Shown here piece after piece: positions 48,409 to 57,372 of a stretch of 64,000 nucleotides of DNA; position 1 is the first letter of the stretch; every line of letters starts with the position of its first letter. The position numbers were made by a program, and so were the translations under genes. The notes under the pieces are model-generated. The model was not told the DNA's origin, ran no database searches, and saw only the letters and a list, made by a program, of their open reading frames with translations. The stretch is from positions 32,001-96,000 of the IMG/VR virus record IMGVR_UViG_3300036770_005084; one strand, given 5' to 3'. Origin of the DNA: a virus.

Positions 48409-48415
48409 TAATTTA

Positions 48416-48778
48416 ATGCTTTTTAAAACAATTTCAATCATTGCCTTTGGTCTAGTCGGACTGGCACCCGTAACAGCAAAGGCAGCAATCGGATGTTCCC
48501 TTGCATCACATTATGGAGTAGGTGATGGATATCACGGTCAAATTGCGGCAAATGGTGAAAGATTTGATGCATACGGTCTGACAACTGCTCACAAGTACTT
48601 ACCATTTGGTACTAAATTAAGAGTTACAAATCAATCAAATGGTCGTTCTGTAATTGTAAGAGTAAATGACAGAGGACCATTTATTGCTGGTAGATCACTT
48701 GACCTGTCCTATGGGGCATTTAGTAAAATCGCATCTCCTGGACAGGGAGTTGCCAATGTATGTTATAGTAGGGTATAA
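48416..48778 (+). CDS. rlpA: RlpA-like (DPBB) lytic transglycosylase, secreted
   Basis: Signal peptide; ANGERF, TAHKYLPFGT, VRVNDRGPF, LDLS. Confidence 0.9.
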   Translation: MLFKTISIIAFGLVGLAPVTAKAAIGCSLASHYGVGDGYHGQIAANGERFDAYGLTTAHKYLPFGTKLRVTNQSNGRSVIVRVNDRGPFIAGRSLDLSYGAFSKIASPGQGVANVCYSRV

Positions 48779-48787
48779 TATGCATAC

Positions 48788-48816
48788 TTGACAACTAAAT
48801 AAAAGGGGGTTATACT
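48788..48816 (+). promoter_or_regulatory. sigma70 promoter TTGACA-N17-TATACT for tRNA-Gly
   Basis: Near-consensus; TAAATA in the spacer. Confidence 0.8.
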
Positions 48817-48828
48817 ACTCCCATCACT

Positions 48829-48899
48829 GCGGATATGGTGTAGTGGTAACATCTGAGCCTTCCAAGCTCCAGTCACGGGTTCGAGTCCCGTTATCCGCT
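48829..48899 (+). tRNA. tRNA-Gly (TCC)
   Basis: GCGGATA/TATCCGC acceptor, CTTCCAA anticodon loop, GGTTCGAGTCC T-arm; CCA not encoded. Confidence 0.93.
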
Positions 48900-48950
48900 T
48901 TCCCCTTTCTGGGGACTAAATAACCAAGTAGTTATAAAACTTTACAAACT

Positions 48951-49790
48951 ATGATGATTCGTTCTATTATTGCTGCCACTGCGGTTGCTGCTACTGCTGC
49001 TCCTGCTATGGCTGCTCCCCTGAGTGATGTTCAACCTACTGATTGGGCATATCAGGCAATCGTCAACCTAAACAATAAGTATGGTTGCCTTGTTGGTTTT
49101 CCTGATGGTACTTTCCGTGGGGGTGAACCTGCTACTCGTAATCAAATGGCAGCACTTGTAAATCACTGTCTAGATAATATTAGTGCTTTCCAAAGTGCCG
49201 AAGATGCTAAACTTGCTGCTGCTCTTCGTGCTACCAACGGTCGGGTAACTGCTCTTGAGGTTGCTGCTGCTCAAAAGGCAGAAGGTGTTGGTAACTATCT
49301 TGGTGTTGGTGTTCTACTAAATCAACAAGGTACTGCTGGTAACGGATATGATGCCGAACGTACTGTATCTGGTGGTACTGTCCAAGCACGTTATGCTGTA
49401 AAGACATTCAAGAATCAGAATGCTGTTTCTGTTCGTCCTTATGCTAACTTTGTTGGTACTCCTGCTGGTGAAATCGGTGCTGGTGGTGGTGCTCTTCTTT
49501 CTTATGATTGGAGCATTTCTCGTGCACCTTCTGGTGTAAGTCGTGCTAACATTTACGGTGGTGTTGGTTATCAGATTCCTTTCGTAAATAACACTGCTGC
49601 TAACTTCCAATCTGCCGTTGGTGAGAAGGGTCAAGTTGTACTTGCTCTTGGTCTTGAAGGTCGTCTAACTAATTCTTTAGTTGGGTTTGCAGATCTTAAA
49701 TTCCCAACTACTACTGCTGCAAATAGTTATGGTGTAACTAATGGTACTTATTCACCAGTATTTACAACTGGTCTAGGATTTAAGTTCTGA
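48951..49790 (+). CDS. SLH-domain outer-membrane beta-barrel protein (cyanobacterial porin-like, short)
   Basis: Signal peptide; SDVQPTDWAYQA..GFPDGTFRG..TR SLH; terminal GLGFKF. Confidence 0.85.
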   Translation: MMIRSIIAATAVAATAAPAMAAPLSDVQPTDWAYQAIVNLNNKYGCLVGFPDGTFRGGEPATRNQMAALVNHCLDNISAFQSAEDAKLAAALRATNGRVTALEVAAAQKAEGVGNYLGVGVLLNQQGTAGNGYDAERTVSGGTVQARYAVKTFKNQNAVSVRPYANFVGTPAGEIGAGGGALLSYDWSISRAPSGVSRANIYGGVGYQIPFVNNTAANFQSAVGEKGQVVLALGLEGRLTNSLVGFADLKFPTTTAANSYGVTNGTYSPVFTTGLGFKF

Positions 49791-49825
49791 TAAGTACTCA
49801 AATCTGGGGTGGTTTCACCCCTTCT

Positions 49826-49896
49826 TGTGGGTGAGTGTAAAGGTAGCACAGAAGTCTCATAAGCTTCAGGAGGGGGTTCAATTCCCCCACCCGCCA
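49826..49896 (+). tRNA. tRNA with CAT anticodon (Met-type, atypical)
   Basis: Cloverleaf; CTCATAA loop; GGGGG-TTCAATT-CCCCC; 1:72 mismatch and G at position 8. Confidence 0.8.
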
Positions 49897-50015
49897 TTAA
49901 TAAATATAAAAAAATATGAAAAAGAAAAAATTTCAAGAACTAATTCAAAAACCACTCAGGTTCCATCATCAGGATATTCATGAAGAACTTGATCAAATAA
50001 AGGAGATGATATGTG

Positions 50016-50267
50016 ATGTTAAAAATCAGATGCAAGAATTGCAACGTAATATTGGAATCACATCCAACAAGGACTAAATGTTGTGGGTGTGATAATTTAA
50101 CTGCTGTTAAAGGAGAAACTATAACAGCATTAGATTTAAGTTTAGTTGAGTTAATAACTAATACTAAAATTAAACAGAATACTAATACTTTATCGAAAGA
50201 AGATCTTTATTATCAAGAAGAAAGAAGATCTAGAAAAGTTAGAAAACTTGAATTTGAAATAAGATAA
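50016..50267 (+). CDS. Small Zn-ribbon hypothetical protein
   Basis: CKNC..CCGCDN; C-terminal RKVRKLEFEIR typical of cyanophage tRNA regions. Confidence 0.7.
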   Translation: MLKIRCKNCNVILESHPTRTKCCGCDNLTAVKGETITALDLSLVELITNTKIKQNTNTLSKEDLYYQEERRSRKVRKLEFEIR

Positions 50268-50340
50268 GTGTTGAAACTCTGATAATATAAATATACTGGT
50301 TTCGAAATATTGTAAATAGTAATCATTTGCAATATGATCC

Positions 50341-50490
50341 ATGGATCAACATACACGCAATAACTGGATTAAGATTAAGGAAACTTTTGAAAAATCTGGT
50401 AATACTGATAATATGTTTTATAAGAGAGCATGTGAAATAGTTAAAAGTGGTGTTGATCCAATGGAAAAATTTTTAAATTCAAAGAATTGA
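50341..50490 (+). CDS. Small conserved hypothetical protein, 49 aa
   Basis: Read manually: MDQHTRNNWIKIKETFEKSGNTDNMFYKRA. Confidence 0.6.
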   Translation: MDQHTRNNWIKIKETFEKSGNTDNMFYKRACEIVKSGVDPMEKFLNSKN

Positions 50491-50523
50491 CATAATAATA
50501 TTTTTTTGTTATTATTTTTATAT

Positions 50524-50595
50524 GGGACTGTTGCTTATTGGTTAAAGCCCACTGCTTATAACGGTGTGAACAGAGTTCAATTCTCTGCAGTCCTA
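50524..50595 (+). tRNA. tRNA-Ile (TAT)
   Basis: GGGACTG/CAGTCCT acceptor; CACTG-CTTATAA-CGGTG; CAGAG-TTCAATT-CTCTG; TTGACA promoter upstream. Confidence 0.88.
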
Positions 50596-50596
50596 T

Positions 50597-50640
50597 TGTC
50601 TTGGGAAGACCTAAAACTCATCCTGGTGGAGCCAATGACC
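50597..50640 (+). ncRNA. Candidate small pseudoknot (wcaG-RNA-like) before epimerase
   Basis: GTCT/AGAC stem; loop GGGA can pair with TCCT; followed by TGGTG. Confidence 0.35.
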
Positions 50641-50664
50641 TAAAAATTTTAATCTAATTGATAT

Positions 50665-51714
50665 ATGGAACAATATAAAAAAACAGCACTAGTTCTTGGT
50701 GCTGGTGGTTTTATAGGAAGTCACATGGTTAAACGACTACGATCCGAAGGATATTGGGTTCGTGGTGTTGATTTAAAGTATCCAGAATTTTCTGAAACTG
50801 AAGCACATGAATTTGTAGTAGGGGATCTTAGAGATTACTCTTTTGCCGAAAGAGTAATTACATATAAAGGTCCTTATTCCAATTTTTATAACTTTGTTCC
50901 ATCAAAGTATATTGATACTTTTGATGAGATTTATCAATTTGCTGCTGATATGGGTGGAGCAGGTTTTGTTTTCAGTGGGGATAATGATGCTGATATTATG
51001 CATAATTCAGTAACGATTAACCTCAACATTCTTGATGCTCAAAGAAAACTAAACGACTTTAAAGATACAAATAAAACCAAGATTTTTTATTCTGGATCTG
51101 CATGTATGTATCCAGAACATAACCAATTAGATCCAGATAATCCTGATTGCCGTGAAGACTCAGCATACCCTGCTAACCCAGATTCTGAATATGGTTGGGA
51201 GAAACTGTTCTCAGAGCGGTTGTTTTTCTCTTATTCTCGTAATTATGGGATCCCTGTTCGGGTTGCTAGGTATCATAATATCTTTGGACCAGAAGGAACT
51301 TGGGAAGGAGGTAGAGAAAAAGCACCAGCAGCAATCTGTCGTAAAGTAGCATATCTTCCAGAGGAAGGTGGAGTGATTGAGGTTTGGGGTGATGGAAAGC
51401 AAACTAGATCTTTCTTGTATATTGATGAGTGTATTGAAGCAACACGAAGATTAATGGAATCGGACTTTGCTGGACCAGTTAATATTGGTTCTGAGGAAAT
51501 GGTAACTATTAATCAACTAGTAGATACTACTGCTAAAGTTGCTGGTAAGGAGGTAAAGAAAAGTCATATTGATGGTCCTCTCGGTGTTCGTGGACGTAAT
51601 TCAAATAACGATTTAATTAAGGACAAACTTAATTGGGAATATACCATGTCTCTTGAAGATGGAATTCTGAAAACTTATACTTGGATTAAGGAGCAGATTG
51701 ATGCTAGCATTTAA
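50665..51714 (+). CDS. NAD-dependent epimerase, GDP-mannose 3',5'-epimerase-like
   Basis: GAGGFIGSH, AADMGG, SACMYP, YGWEK, GGREKAPAA, WGDGKQTRSF. Confidence 0.92.
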   Translation: MEQYKKTALVLGAGGFIGSHMVKRLRSEGYWVRGVDLKYPEFSETEAHEFVVGDLRDYSFAERVITYKGPYSNFYNFVPSKYIDTFDEIYQFAADMGGAGFVFSGDNDADIMHNSVTINLNILDAQRKLNDFKDTNKTKIFYSGSACMYPEHNQLDPDNPDCREDSAYPANPDSEYGWEKLFSERLFFSYSRNYGIPVRVARYHNIFGPEGTWEGGREKAPAAICRKVAYLPEEGGVIEVWGDGKQTRSFLYIDECIEATRRLMESDFAGPVNIGSEEMVTINQLVDTTAKVAGKEVKKSHIDGPLGVRGRNSNNDLIKDKLNWEYTMSLEDGILKTYTWIKEQIDASI

Positions 51715-52576
51715 TCATCTAGGTAGGTTAGGATATCTTGCTAATCAAATGTTTCAATATGCAGCAATTAAAGGAATTGCTGCATATAATGGTATAGAAT
51801 ATATGATTCCTGAAAATAGTCAGATGCAACTATTTGAAGGATTTAAAATGGAAAATGCTACTAAGCATAGAGGATTTTTGGGAGATGTATCTGTTCGTGA
51901 TGGTAGAGGTGCTCCAGTAGGATGTAACATTAGAGCAGAATCTGGATTTCATTTTGATGAAGAACTCTTTAAAAATCCTCCTTCAGATACTTCTTTGTAT
52001 GGATTTTTTCAATCTGAAAAATATTTTTCTAATATTTCTAATGAAATCGTAAAAGATTTTACCTTCAAGAATGAAATACTAGAACCTTGCATTGAGTTTA
52101 TTTCAAAGGTTACTTCTTTTTACGGCAAGACAGTATCACTTCATATTCGAAGAGGTGACTATTTAACAAATTCTGCAAATCATTACAATCTATCTTTAGA
52201 CTGGTATCAAAAAGCATTGGAAAAATTTCCAGAACATACGGTATTAATATTTTCTGATGATATCGAGTGGTGTAAAAATCAATCAATATTTGATGCCGAT
52301 AGATTTATGTTTTCGGAAACTAAAGATGGTAAGGTTGTAAGATTAGACGGTAGATGGGACAGTACAAATATGGATCACTGGTATGATCTATGTCTACAAT
52401 CTCTTTGTGATGATAATATTATTTCTAATAGTACATTTAGTTGGTGGGCAGCATATTTAAATCAAAACAAAGAAAAAGTTGTAGTATCACCTGACCCAAG
52501 CAAAATGTGGTTTGGTCCAAATAATGCACACCTAGATACAAAAGATTTAATACCTAGTGATTGGATTTTAGTGTGA
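51701..52576 (+). CDS. Alpha-1,2-fucosyltransferase-like (GT11)
   Basis: ANQMFQYA, GFFQSEKYF, HIRRGDY, FSDD, NSTFSWWAAYL. Confidence 0.9.
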   Translation: MLAFNHLGRLGYLANQMFQYAAIKGIAAYNGIEYMIPENSQMQLFEGFKMENATKHRGFLGDVSVRDGRGAPVGCNIRAESGFHFDEELFKNPPSDTSLYGFFQSEKYFSNISNEIVKDFTFKNEILEPCIEFISKVTSFYGKTVSLHIRRGDYLTNSANHYNLSLDWYQKALEKFPEHTVLIFSDDIEWCKNQSIFDADRFMFSETKDGKVVRLDGRWDSTNMDHWYDLCLQSLCDDNIISNSTFSWWAAYLNQNKEKVVVSPDPSKMWFGPNNAHLDTKDLIPSDWILV

Positions 52577-53280
52577 AAATATCAATAGCAGTACCAGCAT
52601 ATGAATATAATGGTCGTGGTGTAGAATTTCTTGATGATTTATTTCGAACAATCAAAATTCAAACTCATAAAAATTATGAAATTGTAATATCCGATCACAG
52701 TGTAGATAATAAAATTGAAGATTATTGTGAATATAATGAATACGATCTTCCAATAATTTACCATAGAAATTCTGAATATATTGGAAATGGTCCTCATAAT
52801 ACTAATACAGCAATAAGTTATTGTTCTGGGGATTTAATTAAAGTAATGTTTCAGGATGATTTCTTTTGGGATGATGAGGCATTAGAAAAAATAGAAAATG
52901 CAATTGGTTCAAAACAATGGATTGTTTGTGGAACTAATCATACTAATGATGATGGTCATAACTTTTTTTGGGAATTATATCCAAAATGGAATGATCGTTT
53001 TTTATATGGAGTTAATACCATTAGTTCACCTTCTGTGATTGCTTTTAAATCTGATACTAAAGTTAAATTTGATACTGAATTAACTATGTTAATGGACTGT
53101 GAGTTCTATTATCATATGAACTCTGTATATGGACAACCAGCATACTTAAATGATATACTAGTTTCAAATCGTTTACATTCTGATCAGATATCTCAAAAAA
53201 CTTCAAATTCAAATAATTATCAAAATATTATGAATTCTGAAATTAAATATTGCCTAGGAAAGCATAAAGTGAATCTATGA
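52573..53280 (+). CDS. Glycosyltransferase family 2
   Basis: ISIAVPAY, EIVISD, FQDD. Confidence 0.85.
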   Translation: MKISIAVPAYEYNGRGVEFLDDLFRTIKIQTHKNYEIVISDHSVDNKIEDYCEYNEYDLPIIYHRNSEYIGNGPHNTNTAISYCSGDLIKVMFQDDFFWDDEALEKIENAIGSKQWIVCGTNHTNDDGHNFFWELYPKWNDRFLYGVNTISSPSVIAFKSDTKVKFDTELTMLMDCEFYYHMNSVYGQPAYLNDILVSNRLHSDQISQKTSNSNNYQNIMNSEIKYCLGKHKVNL

Positions 53281-53954
53281 AAATTGCTATAGTTACTGCA
53301 TCTATAGGAGCAAATTCTTTAAATACACCACCAGTTTGGGATGGGGTCGATTATCATGCTTTTGTCGATAAAAGATTATTGGGTCATCCAATATGGAAAA
53401 CTCATGAATATGTTAAATTTAGTTCTGATCCAGTTTATGCTAATCGTAGAAATGCAAAAATATATAAAGTTCTACCTCATCTAATTTTGCCTGGATATGA
53501 TTATTATTTTTGGATAGATTCTACTCATATCGTAGAAGAAAATCCTAAAGTTATAATTGAAAAATATTTAAGTGAAAGTGATATAGCAGTATTCAAACAT
53601 CCTTATAGAAACTGTGTATACGAAGAGGCAAATTTTATTGTCAATTTACAATATGATTATCCAAACTTGGTAGAGTCTCAGATGGAGTTTTATCAAGATA
53701 TGAATTATCCAAAGAACAATGGACTTTATGAGTTATCTTCAAGGGTTCAGAGAAATACTCCTGACATTCAACGAATGTCACTGATGTGGTGGGAACAATT
53801 ATGTATGTACTCGTCAAGAGATCAACTTAGTTTCCCATATTGTTTACATCAAGTTGGAATAACACCAACTATCCTACCTGGGAAATCAAGCACTCATAGG
53901 GGAAACAAGTTAATGCCAGAAATTGTACTATCAAATCATAATAGGAGATGTTAA
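53277..53954 (+). CDS. DUF616 / TOD1-MUCI70-like glycosyltransferase
   Basis: KVLPH, WID, HPYRNCVYEEA, RDQLSFPY. Confidence 0.8.
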   Translation: MKIAIVTASIGANSLNTPPVWDGVDYHAFVDKRLLGHPIWKTHEYVKFSSDPVYANRRNAKIYKVLPHLILPGYDYYFWIDSTHIVEENPKVIIEKYLSESDIAVFKHPYRNCVYEEANFIVNLQYDYPNLVESQMEFYQDMNYPKNNGLYELSSRVQRNTPDIQRMSLMWWEQLCMYSSRDQLSFPYCLHQVGITPTILPGKSSTHRGNKLMPEIVLSNHNRRC

Positions 53955-53959
53955 TTATT

Positions 53960-54730
53960 ATGTCTGAAAGAATAAGTTTTAATGAAAAAATACAATGGTC
54001 TATGGAAACGGATAGAAATCCATTGAAGACATATTGTACAGACAAGATTCAAGTAAAAGAATATGTAACTGATAAATTGAATGATTCTTTTATTCCTAAA
54101 GTTTATGTAATTGCAAATGATGTAAATGATCTTCTGCAAAAAGTTTCCGATTATGAAGATCACCCACAGACATGTTTAATTAAATCAAATAATGATTCTG
54201 GAGGTGTATGCTTTGTAAAAGATGGTGTTATTGAAGACCCTTCAAAACTTAATTTAGTTGAAAAGTATAAAGATTCCCCATTCGATGGTGTCTATAAAGG
54301 TGAATGGTTTTATAAGGATATTGAATATAAATGCTTCACCGAAGAATATCTTGGTGAAAATTTAATTGATTATAAATTTCATTGTTCTGGTGGTAAACCA
54401 AGATTCTGTCAGGTTATACGCGATAGAAATATTAAAAGGACTAATGAGGTTTGTGTTGACCTAAACGGAAATTGCTACGATTTTCATTTTGATATTAATT
54501 TTAAATTGGTAAAGGAATTTGAGAAACCTAAAAACTGGGATAGGATGATTGAAGTTGCCGAGATTTTATGTCAAGATTTTGATTATGTTAGGGTAGATAT
54601 GTATAATATAAATATTGAGGATTCAACTGACGAATCTATATTTGTTGGTGAATTGACTTTTGCCCCGATGTCTGGTGACTATAGGGGAGATGGACAAATT
54701 GAAGTAGGAAAATTATTACTAGGGATCTAA
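53960..54730 (+). CDS. TupA-like ATP-grasp protein
   Basis: DKIQVKEYV, KSNNDSG, EEYL, DYKFHC, YVRVDMY, GELTFAP. Confidence 0.85.
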   Translation: MSERISFNEKIQWSMETDRNPLKTYCTDKIQVKEYVTDKLNDSFIPKVYVIANDVNDLLQKVSDYEDHPQTCLIKSNNDSGGVCFVKDGVIEDPSKLNLVEKYKDSPFDGVYKGEWFYKDIEYKCFTEEYLGENLIDYKFHCSGGKPRFCQVIRDRNIKRTNEVCVDLNGNCYDFHFDINFKLVKEFEKPKNWDRMIEVAEILCQDFDYVRVDMYNINIEDSTDESIFVGELTFAPMSGDYRGDGQIEVGKLLLGI

Positions 54731-55290
54731 TGGCATCATTACAAAGAAAAGTTTTAGAAAAATATCCTAATAAGTACTTTGTTGAAACTGGAACTTGTTG
54801 GGGAGATACAGTACAACTAGCATTGGAATGTGGTTTTAAAAAAATTATAACCATGGAAATCAGTGCAGAAAAAGTAAAACACAACGAAGAAAGATTTTGT
54901 AAAGAAATTTCTGAAGGAAGGGTTGAGATATTTTATGGAGATACTGTAGATATATTTAAAGATGTTATTGCTGCAATAGATTCTCCGGCCACTTTTTGGT
55001 TAGATGCTCATTGGGATGATGGTCCGAAAGGAGAGTATCTTTGCCCTCTTCCAATCGAACTTGATATCCTAATAAATCATCCGATTAAAGAGCATACGAT
55101 TCTTATTGATGATAAAAGACTATTTGGTGTTCCAAATACAACTTGGGGACATACAATCGATTTAGATGGAATTATAGATCTTTTATATGATATTAATTCA
55201 AATTATACAATATCATATGAAGACGGATGTGTACCAAAAGACATTATTGTTGCAAAGATAAAAAATGAAAAATCTTTATATCCATTGTGA
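54730..55290 (+). CDS. SAM-dependent methyltransferase-like protein
   Basis: FVETGT, FWLDAH, ILIDD. Confidence 0.75.
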   Translation: MASLQRKVLEKYPNKYFVETGTCWGDTVQLALECGFKKIITMEISAEKVKHNEERFCKEISEGRVEIFYGDTVDIFKDVIAAIDSPATFWLDAHWDDGPKGEYLCPLPIELDILINHPIKEHTILIDDKRLFGVPNTTWGHTIDLDGIIDLLYDINSNYTISYEDGCVPKDIIVAKIKNEKSLYPL

Positions 55291-56125
55291 TGGAGGTTTT
55301 GGAAATAGATTTAATTCATTGATAGTTGGTTTATTAATATCTGAGGTTGGAAATTATAATCCTATTATATCTTGGCCATCTACAAATGTATGTAGAGCAA
55401 AATATTTTGAAATTTTTGAAGATTCTAAAATTAATAATTCTGATAGATTGGAAGAATATATTAAATCTATTGATGATCTTGAATTTGTAATGCATGAAGA
55501 TCAACTATCTTGGGGAATTTCATATACCCATCCAAATTCTTTTATATCAATTGATGATGTTGTAAATTTATATAATAAAAGTTCAAAATCTAAATTATTC
55601 TATTTTAATAATTTAATACCAGACTTTGCCAAATCCTCAAAACTTCTTTCTAAAGTATTGACGAGAATTAAATTTAAACAAGAATTTATTAATGAGGTTG
55701 AAGAATTTATTGAAAAAATTGGCAGTCCATTTATTGGTGTTCATTTGAGGGCAACTGATTTTTCAAGCAATGATAGAATAGACTTTAAAACTATCTATGA
55801 ATTTATTTTAAATAATGATCATCTTAAATTTTTTGTATGTTCTGATTCTAAAGATCTAGAAAATAAATTTTCTAAACTTGAAAATGTGATAGTTAAAGAA
55901 AAGAAAAACTACGTGGAAAAAATTGAAGATACTTATGATTGGAGAGGATCTCGTGGTTTCATTCAAGATGAATATGGTAAAAATTTAAGTTTTAATGTTG
56001 AGAGAAGTAATGATAGTGTGAAGGAAGCAATAATTGATTTGTTAATATTATCAAAGTCTGATATATTAAAGACATCAAATAGTACTTTTTTAGAAACAGC
56101 AATTTTATTGAAAGATTATGGATAA
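55265..56125 (+). CDS. Fucosyltransferase-like (GT-B) protein
   Basis: GGFGNR, GVHLRATD, FVCSD, DLLILS..STF. Confidence 0.75.
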   Translation: MKNLYIHCDGGFGNRFNSLIVGLLISEVGNYNPIISWPSTNVCRAKYFEIFEDSKINNSDRLEEYIKSIDDLEFVMHEDQLSWGISYTHPNSFISIDDVVNLYNKSSKSKLFYFNNLIPDFAKSSKLLSKVLTRIKFKQEFINEVEEFIEKIGSPFIGVHLRATDFSSNDRIDFKTIYEFILNNDHLKFFVCSDSKDLENKFSKLENVIVKEKKNYVEKIEDTYDWRGSRGFIQDEYGKNLSFNVERSNDSVKEAIIDLLILSKSDILKTSNSTFLETAILLKDYG

Positions 56126-56906
56126 AAATAAATCACTATACAAACTTAAAAATTTTGGTCCTGTATATTATTTGAATCTTGATGATCAACCAGAAAGAAA
56201 ACAATATATGGAAGATCAATTCAAGTATTGGGAAATTGAAAACTATACTAGAATTTCTGCATATGATGGTAGAGACGATGATCTAAGTGAAATTATAAAA
56301 GGAAGATATCCTTCATCTATGACATCCGGTGAGATTGGATGTACTACTTCACACCTCAAAGCAATTAAGCATTGGTATGAAACATCAGACAGTCCATATG
56401 CAATAATAATGGAAGATGATTGTATGCTAGATCTTGCAAAGTTTTGGACATTTAACTGGAATGAATTTGTAAATAAATTGCCTTATGATTGGGATGTTGT
56501 TCAACTTGCAATTATTTGTACGGGGAATATTCATGTAAAACTTCATAAGAGATTTGTTAACGATTTTTCTACAGCATCTTATATGATAACCAGACATCAT
56601 GCGGAAAAACTATTAAAAAATCATGTGAGTGGTGATAAGTATAAGTTGGATAATGGTGTTAAACCAAGAGCAGTGGCAGATGATTTAATATATAATTCTG
56701 GCAATACTTTCAGTATCCCTTTATTTTTATATAAAATATCATTAGGATCCACAATTCATCCTGATCATATTGATACTTTCCATAAAAATAGTTATGATGG
56801 AATATTTAATTATTGGAAATCAAATGGACCAATGCTCAATATATCTGATCTAATGGATTATGATCCATATCTTGGAAGGATGACACTTCCCGGAAATGCC
56901 CCTTGA
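56118..56906 (+). CDS. Glycosyltransferase family 25
   Basis: YLNLD..ERK, RISAYDG, GEIGCTTSH, IMEDD. Confidence 0.88.
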   Translation: MDKNKSLYKLKNFGPVYYLNLDDQPERKQYMEDQFKYWEIENYTRISAYDGRDDDLSEIIKGRYPSSMTSGEIGCTTSHLKAIKHWYETSDSPYAIIMEDDCMLDLAKFWTFNWNEFVNKLPYDWDVVQLAIICTGNIHVKLHKRFVNDFSTASYMITRHHAEKLLKNHVSGDKYKLDNGVKPRAVADDLIYNSGNTFSIPLFLYKISLGSTIHPDHIDTFHKNSYDGIFNYWKSNGPMLNISDLMDYDPYLGRMTLPGNAP

Positions 56907-56931
56907 CAACCCATTGAATTTGATATATAGT
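56903..56931 (+). promoter_or_regulatory. sigma70 promoter TTGACA-N17-TATAGT (hli operon)
   Basis: Near-consensus. Confidence 0.75.
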
Positions 56932-56956
56932 ATTGTTGTAAATCTTAACAAATTGA

Positions 56957-57151
56957 ATGACTGTAACAACTAATGATCGTGGTCAACAAAACATGTGGGC
57001 AAAAGAGCCTACCATGTATTACCACAATTATGGTATGCAAACCCCTAACGAATGGAAGGAGACATATAATGGGCGCTGGGCAATGGTCGGTTTTGTTTCT
57101 GGTCTTGTTTCTTATATGGTCACTGGTAATTTCTTCTTCGGGATCTTCTAA
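56957..57151 (+). CDS. hli: High-light-inducible protein (long type)
   Basis: QNMWAKEP; ETYNGRWAMVGF chlorophyll-binding helix. Confidence 0.92.
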   Translation: MTVTTNDRGQQNMWAKEPTMYYHNYGMQTPNEWKETYNGRWAMVGFVSGLVSYMVTGNFFFGIF

Positions 57152-57238
57152 ATGACCGAACTAATTTTTACTGTGACTAGTGTTGCATTTTTTGTGCTTC
57201 TTGCACATTCAATTAATAAACTATCTGATACATTTTAA
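57152..57238 (+). CDS. 28-aa single-helix membrane peptide between hli genes
   Basis: MTELIFTVTSVAFFVLLAHSINKLSDTF; ATG immediately after hli stop. Confidence 0.55.
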   Translation: MTELIFTVTSVAFFVLLAHSINKLSDTF

Positions 57239-57249
57239 GGAGAACTATT

Positions 57250-57369
57250 ATGAAATTTGGTTTTACCCCTGAGGCAGAAATGCTCAACGCACGTCTAGCA
57301 ATGCTTGGTTTTGTCATTGCTGTTGGAACATATCTTACTACTGGGCAAATTATTCCCGGAGTACTTTGA
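57250..57369 (+). CDS. hli: High-light-inducible protein (short type, 39 aa)
   Basis: GFTPEAEMLNARLAMLGF..TGQIIPG; AGGAG RBS; not in ORF track. Confidence 0.93.
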   Translation: MKFGFTPEAEMLNARLAMLGFVIAVGTYLTTGQIIPGVL

Positions 57370-57372
57370 GAT

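Noticed and set aside
56935-56952. NtcA or HLR1-like site upstream of hli
   Set aside because: TGTAAATCTTAACA fits neither consensus spacing well.
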